A DNA stretch of 64,000 bases from a virus. A program made the translations under genes and the position numbers. Shown one piece after another: positions 37,655-47,290 of the stretch (position 1 is its first letter; the number at the start of each line of letters is the position of its first letter). The DNA lies in the IMG/VR virus record IMGVR_UViG_3300028920_000043, positions 47,211 through 111,210 of that record. The stretch is one strand, 5' to 3'. A model generated the notes under the pieces. It did not search any database and had not been told where the DNA came from. It was given only the letters and a program-made list of their open reading frames with translations.

Positions 37655-38749
37655 TTAGCATGTATCTTCCCTATGCATAGTAAGCGCGCAACTCACTTTC
37701 CATGCATGATCCTCTCCATGAGTTTCTGCCGTTGCCTTCAACCGCATCCCCTGTCCTATTCTAGCGGTATCAGCAGATTGTAACATCTCGAATCCCCAGC
37801 CTAATAAATGGACATGGTTGACAAATCTACCGAATACTATCTCGCTGGTAAACATATTGTAGCGCCCCTGTGCCTGAGCATTCGCTGCTATATTCTCGAA
37901 TGCTTTGGATGTTGAATTCCAATCCGCATCCCAATAAGCAACCGGAGGTACTCCCAAATCCGTATCGGGTATATAAATCAATCCATCTCTTGGATCGGTC
38001 ATGTCGTTTGTTGGCTGTATAGTTCCGTCTCCAGCGGCTGGCACAATAAGATATCCCCCATATAAATTATAATAAGTATTTTCTCCAGCAGAGTAGGGGG
38101 TTAAAATCGGAACCATCTCAAGAGTGATAGAATCAAACTCGGCATCCCTCCAAATAATGTATCCTTCGTGAATCCACGTTTCGTTTTCTATTATATTGAA
38201 ATCAAGATAGCAGTGTTGTTTCCAAATAAATACGGAACCACTTGAAGATTTTTCGGACTCATCATCTCCCGTATTAGACACCGTAAATGAAGTGGTGCCG
38301 GGCATTGATAAAACAACTGCCGTTTCAACATCGTAAGCATTATCAGCACAATCTATGACTACTATATCACCAACTCTTAATTTGGTTTCCTTATCACATT
38401 TTATAGTAGCAATATTTGAAGCCCTGGAAACGTGAGTGATGGATATGTCAGCAATATGCTCTATGATAAAATCATCACCACCGCCTTTTTTGGTTATGTC
38501 AGATATATCATCCGCCTGTCCTGTGAAGTATGTTTCTAATCCCAATGGACGAGATGTTTCGTGAATCCTCATCTTATTAGAAGAGTCCCGCGGATCTTCA
38601 TCAGTTACCGTACCTATAGCAACTATGCTTTCCGAATTAATAGAATGTTCATTATTATTCGGGCATACGGTAGGGGCTTCTTCTCGGTAATCTGTTTCAA
38701 CATTGGCCGCTTCCGTATTACAGTATAGTCTATATTTTTTCAATTCCAT
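37655..38749 (-). CDS. hypothetical structural protein
   Basis: 364-aa acidic, beta-rich ORF in the structural block. Confidence 0.6.
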   Translation of the reverse strand: MELKKYRLYCNTEAANVETDYREEAPTVCPNNNEHSINSESIVAIGTVTDEDPRDSSNKMRIHETSRPLGLETYFTGQADDISDITKKGGGDDFIIEHIADISITHVSRASNIATIKCDKETKLRVGDIVVIDCADNAYDVETAVVLSMPGTTSFTVSNTGDDESEKSSSGSVFIWKQHCYLDFNIIENETWIHEGYIIWRDAEFDSITLEMVPILTPYSAGENTYYNLYGGYLIVPAAGDGTIQPTNDMTDPRDGLIYIPDTDLGVPPVAYWDADWNSTSKAFENIAANAQAQGRYNMFTSEIVFGRFVNHVHLLGWGFEMLQSADTARIGQGMRLKATAETHGEDHAWKVSCALTMHREDTC

Positions 38750-38759
38750 GGTTTCAATC

Positions 38760-40499
38760 CTATACGATCTTAAAAGAATGAAGAGCAGATTTACTGCCTG
38801 TAGTTTTTACCTGTATTTCAATAATAGCTGGATCTACCGGAAGATTGGAGATGTCTGAAGTTTCATATATCGCCTTTTCTTCTGCGGTGTAAATTATCTT
38901 TGCTATTTCTAAGCTGTTGTCCAAGTCCCACAGTCTTACTTCCGCTTGTCCGGATGTACTTGACCTGCTTCCGACTATTCTGAATGCTTGAATAGCGGCT
39001 ACAGCCGTCCCATCATAAATCTGAGAAGATATAACCTGCCAACTTGATGAAGTCCATTCCAACTTATCTTCTTTGGTACTGGTATTGAAATATGAAAAGT
39101 TAGAATAGACACCGGACAGTTTTCCCAGAATAAATTCCAGCGGCGTTTCTTCTTTGTTGAATGGAGCCACGCGCAGCACGTGTCTCAATGCCGCCTTCGG
39201 GGTATTGGAATAGGAACTCTTTGTTTCAAAAGTCAACCGATACAAAACACGAATTTCTTGGAATGGTAAATTGGTTGTGTCCAATCCAGCAAAGCTGTTA
39301 GTGAGAATCGCGCCAACCAATGAATCGTGATACCGTTCTCCAAGTATAACAAACACCGGTTCGGAAGTGCATGTTGACGCGCAAATCCAAACTGCCGTGA
39401 ATCCATCCGATGGAACATCTTCCAGAGACCACGTGCCGCCGGTATCTTTGTTGTATTGAATTCTGGACGTTCCCTCTTTCAACGGGAATGCCGTGGCGTC
39501 CGCCCTTCTCCAATCTGGACTTGAACCCGATTTGTAAAATACCGGGGCATATAGTACCGTGGATAATTTCTGTTCAAAGGGTTCTGTTGGTGTCGCATCA
39601 TTAACAATAGATATTCTTATATCTTCATCAGCCAGCACTCCGTCCGTCAAGGACATCTGAGCATCTGAATCCGTTGTTCCATCTCCTCCTGTTGTATAGT
39701 TTCCTATCTCTAATCCAGATTCAAGCCACGCGCCTCTTGTCAAGTGCAAATATTTATGAGTTGCCCATGACATTACAAGTCCGTGCCGTTCCTCAGCAAT
39801 AAACAAGGATTCATTTGCTGTGGCGTTCCAATAAACAAGGGCTACTTGAGCGGTCGATCCTATATCCCAAACTGTTTGGCTTGCCGTCAATACTGCTGAA
39901 CTGTTATAATAAATAAACCAAAGTCCTTCCGTATCATCTATAACAACATTTTCACTTGATTCTTTTGTATAACGTTCTCCCATTAAAAAGACATCGAAAC
40001 TGGAATCTGTTGGAGAAATTGTGAATGTTCTTGAACCATCATTAAAAGAAATTTGGGAATCCGTTCTATTCGGAAATCCCATCGGTTCATCATCCGGATG
40101 TAATTCTCCGATAACGTCTGCTTCTATTTCAAACCAAACTGCGGATGCTGTAGTATTAACAAAACAAATAAAGAACTTTTTACTATCAGAGTTTAACCAT
40201 AAGTTTCCTACTTTGAAAGTTCTGTCAATGTTTGCTGTATCCACGCCATCATTGTTTGCCGTTGGATTTGACGTTGTTACATAAGGATTATCAGCAATAG
40301 GGCTCCATGCTTTATTATCATCGTCATACTTTCTCCATATTCTAGATTCACCGGAGGCGGGAATTTCCACAAGAATAGAACCCTTTGGTGCAGGTTCACC
40401 GCCTCCGGTAGTCGGGTCTGTGGCAGAGTAGAAAATACCAAATACATCATCTACTGCCAATCCCACGTCAACACTAAAAGCATCATTTATGTCAGGCAT
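38760..40499 (-). CDS. putative fibre/structural protein
   Basis: PT.NND....FKVG.LW.N....FIC.....A.W module typical of fibre N-termini. Confidence 0.6.
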   Translation of the reverse strand: MPDINDAFSVDVGLAVDDVFGIFYSATDPTTGGGEPAPKGSILVEIPASGESRIWRKYDDDNKAWSPIADNPYVTTSNPTANNDGVDTANIDRTFKVGNLWLNSDSKKFFICFVNTTASAVWFEIEADVIGELHPDDEPMGFPNRTDSQISFNDGSRTFTISPTDSSFDVFLMGERYTKESSENVVIDDTEGLWFIYYNSSAVLTASQTVWDIGSTAQVALVYWNATANESLFIAEERHGLVMSWATHKYLHLTRGAWLESGLEIGNYTTGGDGTTDSDAQMSLTDGVLADEDIRISIVNDATPTEPFEQKLSTVLYAPVFYKSGSSPDWRRADATAFPLKEGTSRIQYNKDTGGTWSLEDVPSDGFTAVWICASTCTSEPVFVILGERYHDSLVGAILTNSFAGLDTTNLPFQEIRVLYRLTFETKSSYSNTPKAALRHVLRVAPFNKEETPLEFILGKLSGVYSNFSYFNTSTKEDKLEWTSSSWQVISSQIYDGTAVAAIQAFRIVGSRSSTSGQAEVRLWDLDNSLEIAKIIYTAEEKAIYETSDISNLPVDPAIIEIQVKTTGSKSALHSFKIV

Positions 40500-40538
40500 T
40501 AAAATCTTCTTTTCAAAATCTTAAACGGAGTTAAGATT

Positions 40539-42392
40539 TTATTCAGCGTTTGCTATTCTCGTACCTCTCCAGTCGATGTTCTCTGTAGCGGTAACTCGTA
40601 AACGCATATTCCCACCACTGACATCGACTGAAATAGAAAGTCCAGAAATACTGGAACCTGTTTTCAATTTGGCATACTGGGTTGAATCCACTGACCCGGA
40701 TCCATCGTGCAAGGCATGAACTTCATATGCTTCACGTTTCGTTCCGGTTGCATTGGACATTACTGTGACAAGCCACCACGCCTCACAGTAACTTGCTGTG
40801 GCAACCTGATCCATTGTCAATCCAGAAGAAGCGTCCTGATTGTCTGCGCTGAACTTCTTTGGAGCGTTGATAGTAACATCCAACTCGGTGTCACCAATAC
40901 TGCCTGCCTTGACGTAAAGCTGATTGGATCCATTCTCACCAATCGTATCATCGTCAATCTTAACGGCAACACCGTTTGAGGTCACACTAATAACAGTAGC
41001 CAGGTTCACCCCACCAGTCGCATCAGGCTTCACCTGAAGATCATCTGATCCATTATCCTCCAGACCATTACCAGCGAAGTCTGCCGGTTCAATATCCAAC
41101 AGATAAGAACTAACTCCGTTCTGCTTCAGACCGTCACCGGCAATCTCACTTGCATCAATCTCAAGATCATCAGCATTGACTTGAACACCCTTGTTTGCAT
41201 CGCCAACATTGATAGTATTACCACTCTTGGTAAGACCGGCGCCGGCGATAACCTGACCCGCTCCAGAGAACTGAACCCATGTAATATTGGTTGTACCAAC
41301 TGTTATGGGCTCGTCCGTAGTACACAGATAACCATTATCAGCTTGAGTAGTGCCTTCTTCCACAAACGTATAGGCTGCCGCGAACTCGTCTGCTTCGTCA
41401 TTATCCGTTGCTCTTGTCAATTGCCATGGAGTACCACCATCACCAACAGTGGTCAGGACATAAATACCATTATACGGGGCATTACCCCCAGTTTCATTCT
41501 TGATCAGAACGCGGTCACCCTGTACCAGGGTAATGTCATCCTGCGAAGGGAAAGCACCGTTGGTGTTTTTAGTAAGGGTAGCGCCAACACCTAATGTTCC
41601 ATTGTTATAGGTATATGCATCTACCAATGCCGCAGTCGTTGCTGCCCTTGAGGATCCTTTACCGTGTAAGCCTTGCGCTATATTATCAACGTAGAGTTTA
41701 TTTGCCACATCGGTGTCGCTGGTTGGCGCATCGACCACCGTCATAGCACCGCCAGTCTCAACGTTGATAGCACCACCGGATTGAATCGTTATTGTTCCGT
41801 TGGTTTGACCATCCTGCTGAACAACTGCATCCAAATCCGTTTGGTGTGGATTCGTTGTATCATCAGCGTGAGTTTTCAAAGCGCCATCAAGATCTGACGC
41901 CTTGGCCATTACCGTACTGTCAACGGAAATATAATTCGTATTTGATACATCTGAATCAGCACCAATGGCATCATCTAACGCTTCAATGTTGTCATTGACA
42001 TCCTCTCCGGCAACAATCGGATTGTTTGTACGAGAATTGGCAGCGGGGTCAGCACCAATTTCGGCATCAAGTTTTCCGGCGGCAGTTTCAAGAGAATCAT
42101 CATTGGCAATATGATGAGTACTTGAATAACTGGGCAAAACATTCCCGGTTGAATCCTTGCCCATGAAAGTATTCTGATAGCCATCTTCAAGACTGGCACC
42201 AGAGCTGTCAACGATCAAGGTCCAATCCGTATTCCCTGCACCTGTCTTATGGTATGTGGATCCATTAGTTCTCAGGTACAGAGATCCGATAGGTGCTTCA
42301 ACTCCTCCTCCTGATGTTGGATCATCTACACCATCAAGAACCTCAACATCATTTTCTAAAATTAGGCCTTCGCCTATTTTGAACTTACCCAT
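40539..42392 (-). CDS. putative fibre protein
   Basis: APIGSLYLRT, DVANKLYVD, RAATT, GDRVLIKN...NGIY, LTRATD, WVQFSGAG and AG.GL repeats. Confidence 0.75.
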   Translation of the reverse strand: MGKFKIGEGLILENDVEVLDGVDDPTSGGGVEAPIGSLYLRTNGSTYHKTGAGNTDWTLIVDSSGASLEDGYQNTFMGKDSTGNVLPSYSSTHHIANDDSLETAAGKLDAEIGADPAANSRTNNPIVAGEDVNDNIEALDDAIGADSDVSNTNYISVDSTVMAKASDLDGALKTHADDTTNPHQTDLDAVVQQDGQTNGTITIQSGGAINVETGGAMTVVDAPTSDTDVANKLYVDNIAQGLHGKGSSRAATTAALVDAYTYNNGTLGVGATLTKNTNGAFPSQDDITLVQGDRVLIKNETGGNAPYNGIYVLTTVGDGGTPWQLTRATDNDEADEFAAAYTFVEEGTTQADNGYLCTTDEPITVGTTNITWVQFSGAGQVIAGAGLTKSGNTINVGDANKGVQVNADDLEIDASEIAGDGLKQNGVSSYLLDIEPADFAGNGLEDNGSDDLQVKPDATGGVNLATVISVTSNGVAVKIDDDTIGENGSNQLYVKAGSIGDTELDVTINAPKKFSADNQDASSGLTMDQVATASYCEAWWLVTVMSNATGTKREAYEVHALHDGSGSVDSTQYAKLKTGSSISGLSISVDVSGGNMRLRVTATENIDWRGTRIANAE

Positions 42393-42402
42393 TGGATGTC
42401 TC

Positions 42403-42750
42403 CTATAACATAAATCGTAAAAATTTTACTGTTATGGTTACCCCTTCATTATTGGTTATTGTCAACGTCATATCAGATCCATCACTTGTTACCACCAGGT
42501 CATAGTCAATATCCTCTCCAGCTATAGAATATCTGGAGTAATCACAACTGGTAGAACGTGCTCTCGCCAAAACTTCTAATGATTGAGACTTCAAACCCCC
42601 ATTATCAATATTGATAATCCACTTTATAGTTTTAGACAGAGATAAGGATACGGTGTCCACATCCTCCGTTCCTGAAGCGGCAATATTAACCGTTCCACGG
42701 ATTCCTGCACCGCCACCGCCGACTTGTCTAAGCTGAACATTTATTCCCAT
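42403..42750 (-). CDS. small structural protein resembling the C-terminal domain of 40539..42392
   Basis: D.V......KW.I......S.EV.A......DYS.Y, versus D.V......WW.V......AYEV.A......DS..Y in the neighbour. Confidence 0.55.
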   Translation of the reverse strand: MGINVQLRQVGGGGAGIRGTVNIAASGTEDVDTVSLSLSKTIKWIINIDNGGLKSQSLEVLARARSTSCDYSRYSIAGEDIDYDLVVTSDGSDMTLTITNNEGVTITVKFLRFML

Positions 42751-42767
42751 CTAACTCACCAATACTG

Positions 42768-42998
42768 TTATGGCTGGGCGTCAATGTATGCTTGCAAGGC
42801 GGCACCGTCTGTAATAATATTGGAAATTGCCGTCTGTTCCGATTCTGGGATCTTCGACTGAATGATCCCATAGATGTTGGCATCGTTCAAAACTGCAAGC
42901 CCGCTGAACAATGAATTCCGAATTCCGTTGATAGCGTTCTCACACTGTTCCGCAAGTAATTTCTCATCGTCTGTCAAACCACTCTTGTCAATAGTCAT
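42768..42998 (-). CDS. hypothetical protein
   Basis: GAGGA RBS; co-oriented. Confidence 0.55.
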   Translation of the reverse strand: MTIDKSGLTDDEKLLAEQCENAINGIRNSLFSGLAVLNDANIYGIIQSKIPESEQTAISNIITDGAALQAYIDAQP

Positions 42999-43039
42999 TT
43001 TTGTTTATCCTCGGCACTGATAGTCCTTTTTCTGTTTGT

Positions 43040-43393
43040 TTATAAATCAGCTCCGGTAAGATCCTTCAACTCTCTCCGAAGTAATTTTACTGCTGTTGGA
43101 TTGACCGCATCATCCGGAATAGTCTTGCACATCTCTTCCAACTTCAAATCGATTTCTGCTTGAGTGGGAGTTTTGCCACTCTTATTAGTTTGACGAATGA
43201 CCCACTCACGAAGAGAAAACATCACTTTCTTGAGTTTCTTTTCGAGTGCTTCTTGATCCACGACTTTCTTTATGCCGGGATATTTTACATAAAGCCAATC
43301 AACCGCTTTCCCCAAAAGCCAAAGCAAAATCATAAATGCAAATGTTATTACTGCCGGCTGAGACACCAATGATTTCAAAAACTCAACCATCAC
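43040..43393 (-). CDS. putative holin-like membrane protein
   Basis: One N-terminal transmembrane segment and a charged C-terminus. Confidence 0.45.
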   Translation of the reverse strand: MMVEFLKSLVSQPAVITFAFMILLWLLGKAVDWLYVKYPGIKKVVDQEALEKKLKKVMFSLREWVIRQTNKSGKTPTQAEIDLKLEEMCKTIPDDAVNPTAVKLLRRELKDLTGADL

Positions 43394-43412
43394 TCCACCT
43401 CCATTAAAAAAA

Positions 43413-43724
43413 TTAGGCTTTCTTGCCGTTCAAACTTCGTAGAATAGATATCTGCTCATCTGCCTTAAGCAGCATCTTCAAATGCTCTTCCTTCTGAAAC
43501 TTATGCGCTTCAGCATGGCGCTCATCTGCCTTCTCTATTCTTATGTGTAACTCATTAAGAGATTTTGTATGCTCTCCCAAGGACTCTGTGTTCTTTTCAA
43601 GTTGTTTGGTCATATTGGTAATAATATGCTTTACCATCCAGACGCAAAGCAAGAAAATTCCGACTGATAGCGCCATACCCAGGCCTACATCCTTAACAGC
43701 CTGGTATATCGACAGTCCATCCAT
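43413..43724 (-). CDS. putative holin-like protein (TM + coiled coil)
   Basis: VGLGMALSVGIFLLCVWMV transmembrane segment followed by a heptad-like region. Confidence 0.5.
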   Translation of the reverse strand: MDGLSIYQAVKDVGLGMALSVGIFLLCVWMVKHIITNMTKQLEKNTESLGEHTKSLNELHIRIEKADERHAEAHKFQKEEHLKMLLKADEQISILRSLNGKKA

Positions 43725-43740
43725 TGGTTCTCCTTTCAGA

Positions 43741-45288
43741 TTAAGCTACATCATTGAATAAACTGGAAAGTAAGTATTCCATCTCTCGTGGATCCACATC
43801 AAAATCCATGAAAAGTTTTTCACCATCCATACTAATAATATCCTTCATCTTATCCTCAGCCGTCACCGATGGCTTGACAGCTGGTTGAGATTGAACGGGC
43901 TTAATCGGATTTCCACCTTGCGTCTGCTGTCCGGGAACGAAAGGAGCATCTCCCCACGGTACAGGTCCAAGTCCCTTCAATGCTCGAACTTCATTAATGG
44001 TATTGACCGCGTTCTGCACATAAGTCTTATCTATATTTGCTTGCGTTTCTACATCAGCGCGGTCAATATCATCAAAATCCGCTACCACATCATAAATACC
44101 AAGACCATCCTGAACGATCTCTTTGGTATATGTATAGGATTCCAAGGCTAAAATAGGCTTGATTGCGTTTGCTTTGAATACTTCAATCTGCTGAACTGAA
44201 TTGAGACGCCCAGTTCCCACATCTCTTATTCCAAGAACAATCGGTTGCATGGAATAACATGACATAACTTTCTGAAGCAACCATCTTGCATACTCCATGA
44301 ACTCCATGTCTTTATTCTTGCCCGTTAGATCGAGAAATTCTGGTTTAGTTCCCACAAATGCCATTTTATGAGAGCGCCCTTTGAATTGAGCCCTCCACCA
44401 ATCGGCAAAACGTTTCAGTGCCGGCTTCTTCATTCCTCCCAAACCAACAATGCCGGACGGCATTGCATTGTTCTGAAAGAACTCGAGATTGTGGCGATCA
44501 GCAAACAGATCGGCAGCGATTGTTTGCTTCAATGATTCCAGGGGTGACAATCCATAAACTGATCCGGGTTGCGGATATTGGATCATGTAGATCAGTTCAT
44601 CCTTTTGAAACTCTGCGGCAGGTTCTCTGGGATTTTCAGGAAGGTATTGTAGATATGCCCGATTCGGAATAAGATTGCCATGCTTGTTTATATTTTTTCG
44701 TATGTATCTTGATTCTTGATTATAGATCTCTGCCAACTTTCCGGTTGTATCTTTTACTTTCTCCATGCACCCAGAATCCGATACCAATAAATCCAGTATC
44801 GTCTTCTTTCTGATATCCATGAAGCTTTCTTTTTCGAGATTAGGATCTTCAAAGAAGTCCATAACCGCATCCATATTTCTCTTGGTCTTATCCGGAATGC
44901 CTGTTGCTTCAGGACGCTTGGGACGGACCCTTACATGGACTGCTGTTGCCGTCTTTACTATGAGATCAATTATTGCACGAGACCAGGAATGGCTCCGATA
45001 GACTCCCCACATGAGATCAAGGGAGACCAAAGGTTCTCTAGGTACCCCATTTCTTCCCCCGTACCCCATTGCAGTCCGTAACTGCTGATTAATCGTTCCG
45101 CGCCGATTGCTCGAATCTCCTCGGGGCTTACCAAAATCGGGTCCGGTATCATTGTCGTCCGCCTTTATCATCTCTGCCTTTCTTTCGATATGAACAGCAG
45201 GCACCGGCAAGACTTTTGTTTCCTCAGCTTCTGTTTCTGATCCAGGAGATGATCCCAGACGCTTGAAGAATGTAATAATTTTACTCAT
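43741..45288 (-). CDS. portal protein (HK97-type)
   Basis: DLLVSDSG, YGLSPLESL, FFQNNAMPSG, DMEF.E and TINEVR...GLGPVPWGD motifs. Confidence 0.95.
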   Translation of the reverse strand: MSKIITFFKRLGSSPGSETEAEETKVLPVPAVHIERKAEMIKADDNDTGPDFGKPRGDSSNRRGTINQQLRTAMGYGGRNGVPREPLVSLDLMWGVYRSHSWSRAIIDLIVKTATAVHVRVRPKRPEATGIPDKTKRNMDAVMDFFEDPNLEKESFMDIRKKTILDLLVSDSGCMEKVKDTTGKLAEIYNQESRYIRKNINKHGNLIPNRAYLQYLPENPREPAAEFQKDELIYMIQYPQPGSVYGLSPLESLKQTIAADLFADRHNLEFFQNNAMPSGIVGLGGMKKPALKRFADWWRAQFKGRSHKMAFVGTKPEFLDLTGKNKDMEFMEYARWLLQKVMSCYSMQPIVLGIRDVGTGRLNSVQQIEVFKANAIKPILALESYTYTKEIVQDGLGIYDVVADFDDIDRADVETQANIDKTYVQNAVNTINEVRALKGLGPVPWGDAPFVPGQQTQGGNPIKPVQSQPAVKPSVTAEDKMKDIISMDGEKLFMDFDVDPREMEYLLSSLFNDVA

Positions 45289-45304
45289 TGAAGATCCCCA
45301 AATA

Positions 45305-45417
45305 TTCAAGCAGAGCTAGTTCAAAAGCTTTCACGCATGAAAGCTAACCATCCAGTCCAATTTGAAACTTTCAAGCAGAGCTAGTTCAAAAGCTTTCACG
45401 CATGAAAGCTAATGAAC
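45305..45417. repeat. palindromic element pair, copies 4-5 (cores 45327-45344 and 45392-45409), 65-bp period
   Basis: ttcaagcagagctagttcaaaaGCTTTCACGCATGAAAGCtaa, twice; inverted copy of the 27.2-kb pair. Confidence 0.92.
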
Positions 45418-45448
45418 CGGTTAAAAATCTTATATAATTCTTATATAA

Positions 45449-45637
45449 TTATGATCGATCAGACCCAGGAGAATCCTTAAACTTATCCTTAAGGGATTCC
45501 ACAAGATCTTTAAGCTCAATAAGGTTCTGATGAAAACCTCTCAATTCTATTATGACTATCAGCCCCAAGAGAGCATTAAGAAACCAAAAAATCAAAAAGC
45601 ATGTAAAGAATAAAGCATTCATATTAAGCAAATCCAA
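45449..45637 (-). CDS. small membrane protein
   Basis: Hydrophobic N-terminal half; between terminase and portal. Confidence 0.45.
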   Translation of the reverse strand: MDLLNMNALFFTCFLIFWFLNALLGLIVIIELRGFHQNLIELKDLVESLKDKFKDSPGSDRS

Positions 45638-47288
45638 TATCCGATCCGGACTCCGTTATGACATCATAAATAGAACCACTTACTGCGTCCCATACATCCT
45701 TAGTTCCTTTAGAGCCATCTTCAAAGCGCTTAGGATGATCTACTTTCTTTCCCCCTTTATCTTCTAACCCTTTCGCTTCTTTAACCAAAACAGGATGGTA
45801 TGGAATCAAGGCACGGTTATCTAGTATGCAAGCCTGTACTTCCTCAAAAACAGTCAAGCCTCTATCAACAGATAATAAATCGACATCGTAACCGCGTTCC
45901 TCTAACTGTTGTCTGGTATCTAAAGATAATGCTTGGTCAAATGTTATTACTCCAAACTGCATACCCAAACCGGATAGCTGATAGATAAGCTCTCGCACCA
46001 CTCGAAGTTTTACATTCTTATTGGGTTCGGGCTTCCACCATGCTATTATATCCGTCTGAATTATCGGCTCTTCCCAGTCCTCTTCCTCTTCATCGTCCTT
46101 CCTCTTCTTACCTGTTACGCTTTTCCAACCCTCCAGATGTGAAACAGCAAAAGCACAAGGATCTTTTATTGATCCCAGGTCACCATGGGCACAATAAATA
46201 GTTCCGCGTTGAGGTCTGAAATTTGGATCCAACTGCTTCTTAGTAATACTGAAATTATAAGACAAATCTTTTCTAAAATATTCGTCCAAGCTCTCTACTT
46301 GCTCTTCTGTTCCCCAAACCGAATTAACTGATCTGGTGGGAATGGCAGCAAAGTTTCGCCTGGCTTTGATTGGATTCTTTTTGAATTCTGATTTGAAATC
46401 ATCCTTGGATACCTTCTCATTTATTTCCCATGTAGCTTTCTGAGACACAAAAGCAGAATCTTTCTCTTTTCTTAACTCCTCAAACTTTTGCATCTCAAAA
46501 CCATCAACCGATCTTGGTGAGGTAATGCCGATGAGTTTATAATGATTTGGAAAACGTGTGAAGCATGAGTCATAAAACGTATCCCAGCATGCCTCCGCGT
46601 TTGGCTTGTCATTTACATCCGTGAAATATGCAAGCTCATCCAGTATACCAACTCTAACAGCATACCCCAACCAAGAAATCGATCTTGAGTTACCAGATAA
46701 TACAAAGAGATTCTTATTGAATCTAATCTCTCCCCCGAATGGTAAAAACTCACCGAGATCCAACCCTTTGAATGAGTGCTCGACTTGTCTGAACCATTCA
46801 GAATGTTTTAACCGATTAACTGTAGAACCAAAGACAACATCCTGGGCTTGGCGACCGGCAGTCGATGTATTTATATAAAATATGGGATCACCGGGCGCCA
46901 AACCATAAAAGGATTGAGGACTTCTGTAGCCCAAATCAATATAGGCCTGACGAGCCATAATACAAGCAACGGCAAAACTTTTACCACTCCCCTTTCCCCA
47001 TAATAAAACAGCCTGTCTCACATTTGGCTGATCAATGGCTATAAGGGTATCCAAAACTTTATTGAAAATCTTGCCGCCCTTCGCCGGTGGGAATAAAGGC
47101 TTACTCCAACGTTCCAAGGCCATAAATTCCCTTCCGAGATAAAACTCTTCAGCGTCAACTGGATACTCCTCATAAACGCCTTGTTCTTCTTTTATTCCCG
47201 TGGCGATTTGAGAGAGCATCCAACTAGGACTTACACGCTTCTCTTCTCGGCGTTTTTGTGCTGTAGGCCTATCCTGCAGAATTCCCAT
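45624..47288 (-). CDS. terL: terminase large subunit
   Basis: Walker A LWGKGSGKS, Walker B GILDEL, coupling motif ITSPR; RNase H-like HGDLG..KD and KVDHP...TKDVWDAV. Confidence 0.93.
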   Translation of the reverse strand: MGILQDRPTAQKRREEKRVSPSWMLSQIATGIKEEQGVYEEYPVDAEEFYLGREFMALERWSKPLFPPAKGGKIFNKVLDTLIAIDQPNVRQAVLLWGKGSGKSFAVACIMARQAYIDLGYRSPQSFYGLAPGDPIFYINTSTAGRQAQDVVFGSTVNRLKHSEWFRQVEHSFKGLDLGEFLPFGGEIRFNKNLFVLSGNSRSISWLGYAVRVGILDELAYFTDVNDKPNAEACWDTFYDSCFTRFPNHYKLIGITSPRSVDGFEMQKFEELRKEKDSAFVSQKATWEINEKVSKDDFKSEFKKNPIKARRNFAAIPTRSVNSVWGTEEQVESLDEYFRKDLSYNFSITKKQLDPNFRPQRGTIYCAHGDLGSIKDPCAFAVSHLEGWKSVTGKKRKDDEEEEDWEEPIIQTDIIAWWKPEPNKNVKLRVVRELIYQLSGLGMQFGVITFDQALSLDTRQQLEERGYDVDLLSVDRGLTVFEEVQACILDNRALIPYHPVLVKEAKGLEDKGGKKVDHPKRFEDGSKGTKDVWDAVSGSIYDVITESGSDIGFA

Positions 47289-47290
47289 GA

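Noticed and set aside
27215-45417. 65-bp-period repeat pairs as mini-CRISPR arrays
   Set aside because: Only two units per locus, the would-be spacers are homologous between loci and are themselves part of the palindrome, and no cas genes are present.
45428-45452. Repeated TTATATAA as an archaeal TATA box implying an archaeal host
   Set aside because: Too little evidence; GC-stem/U-tract terminators and a lipobox protein fit a bacterial host at least as well, so the host is left undetermined.
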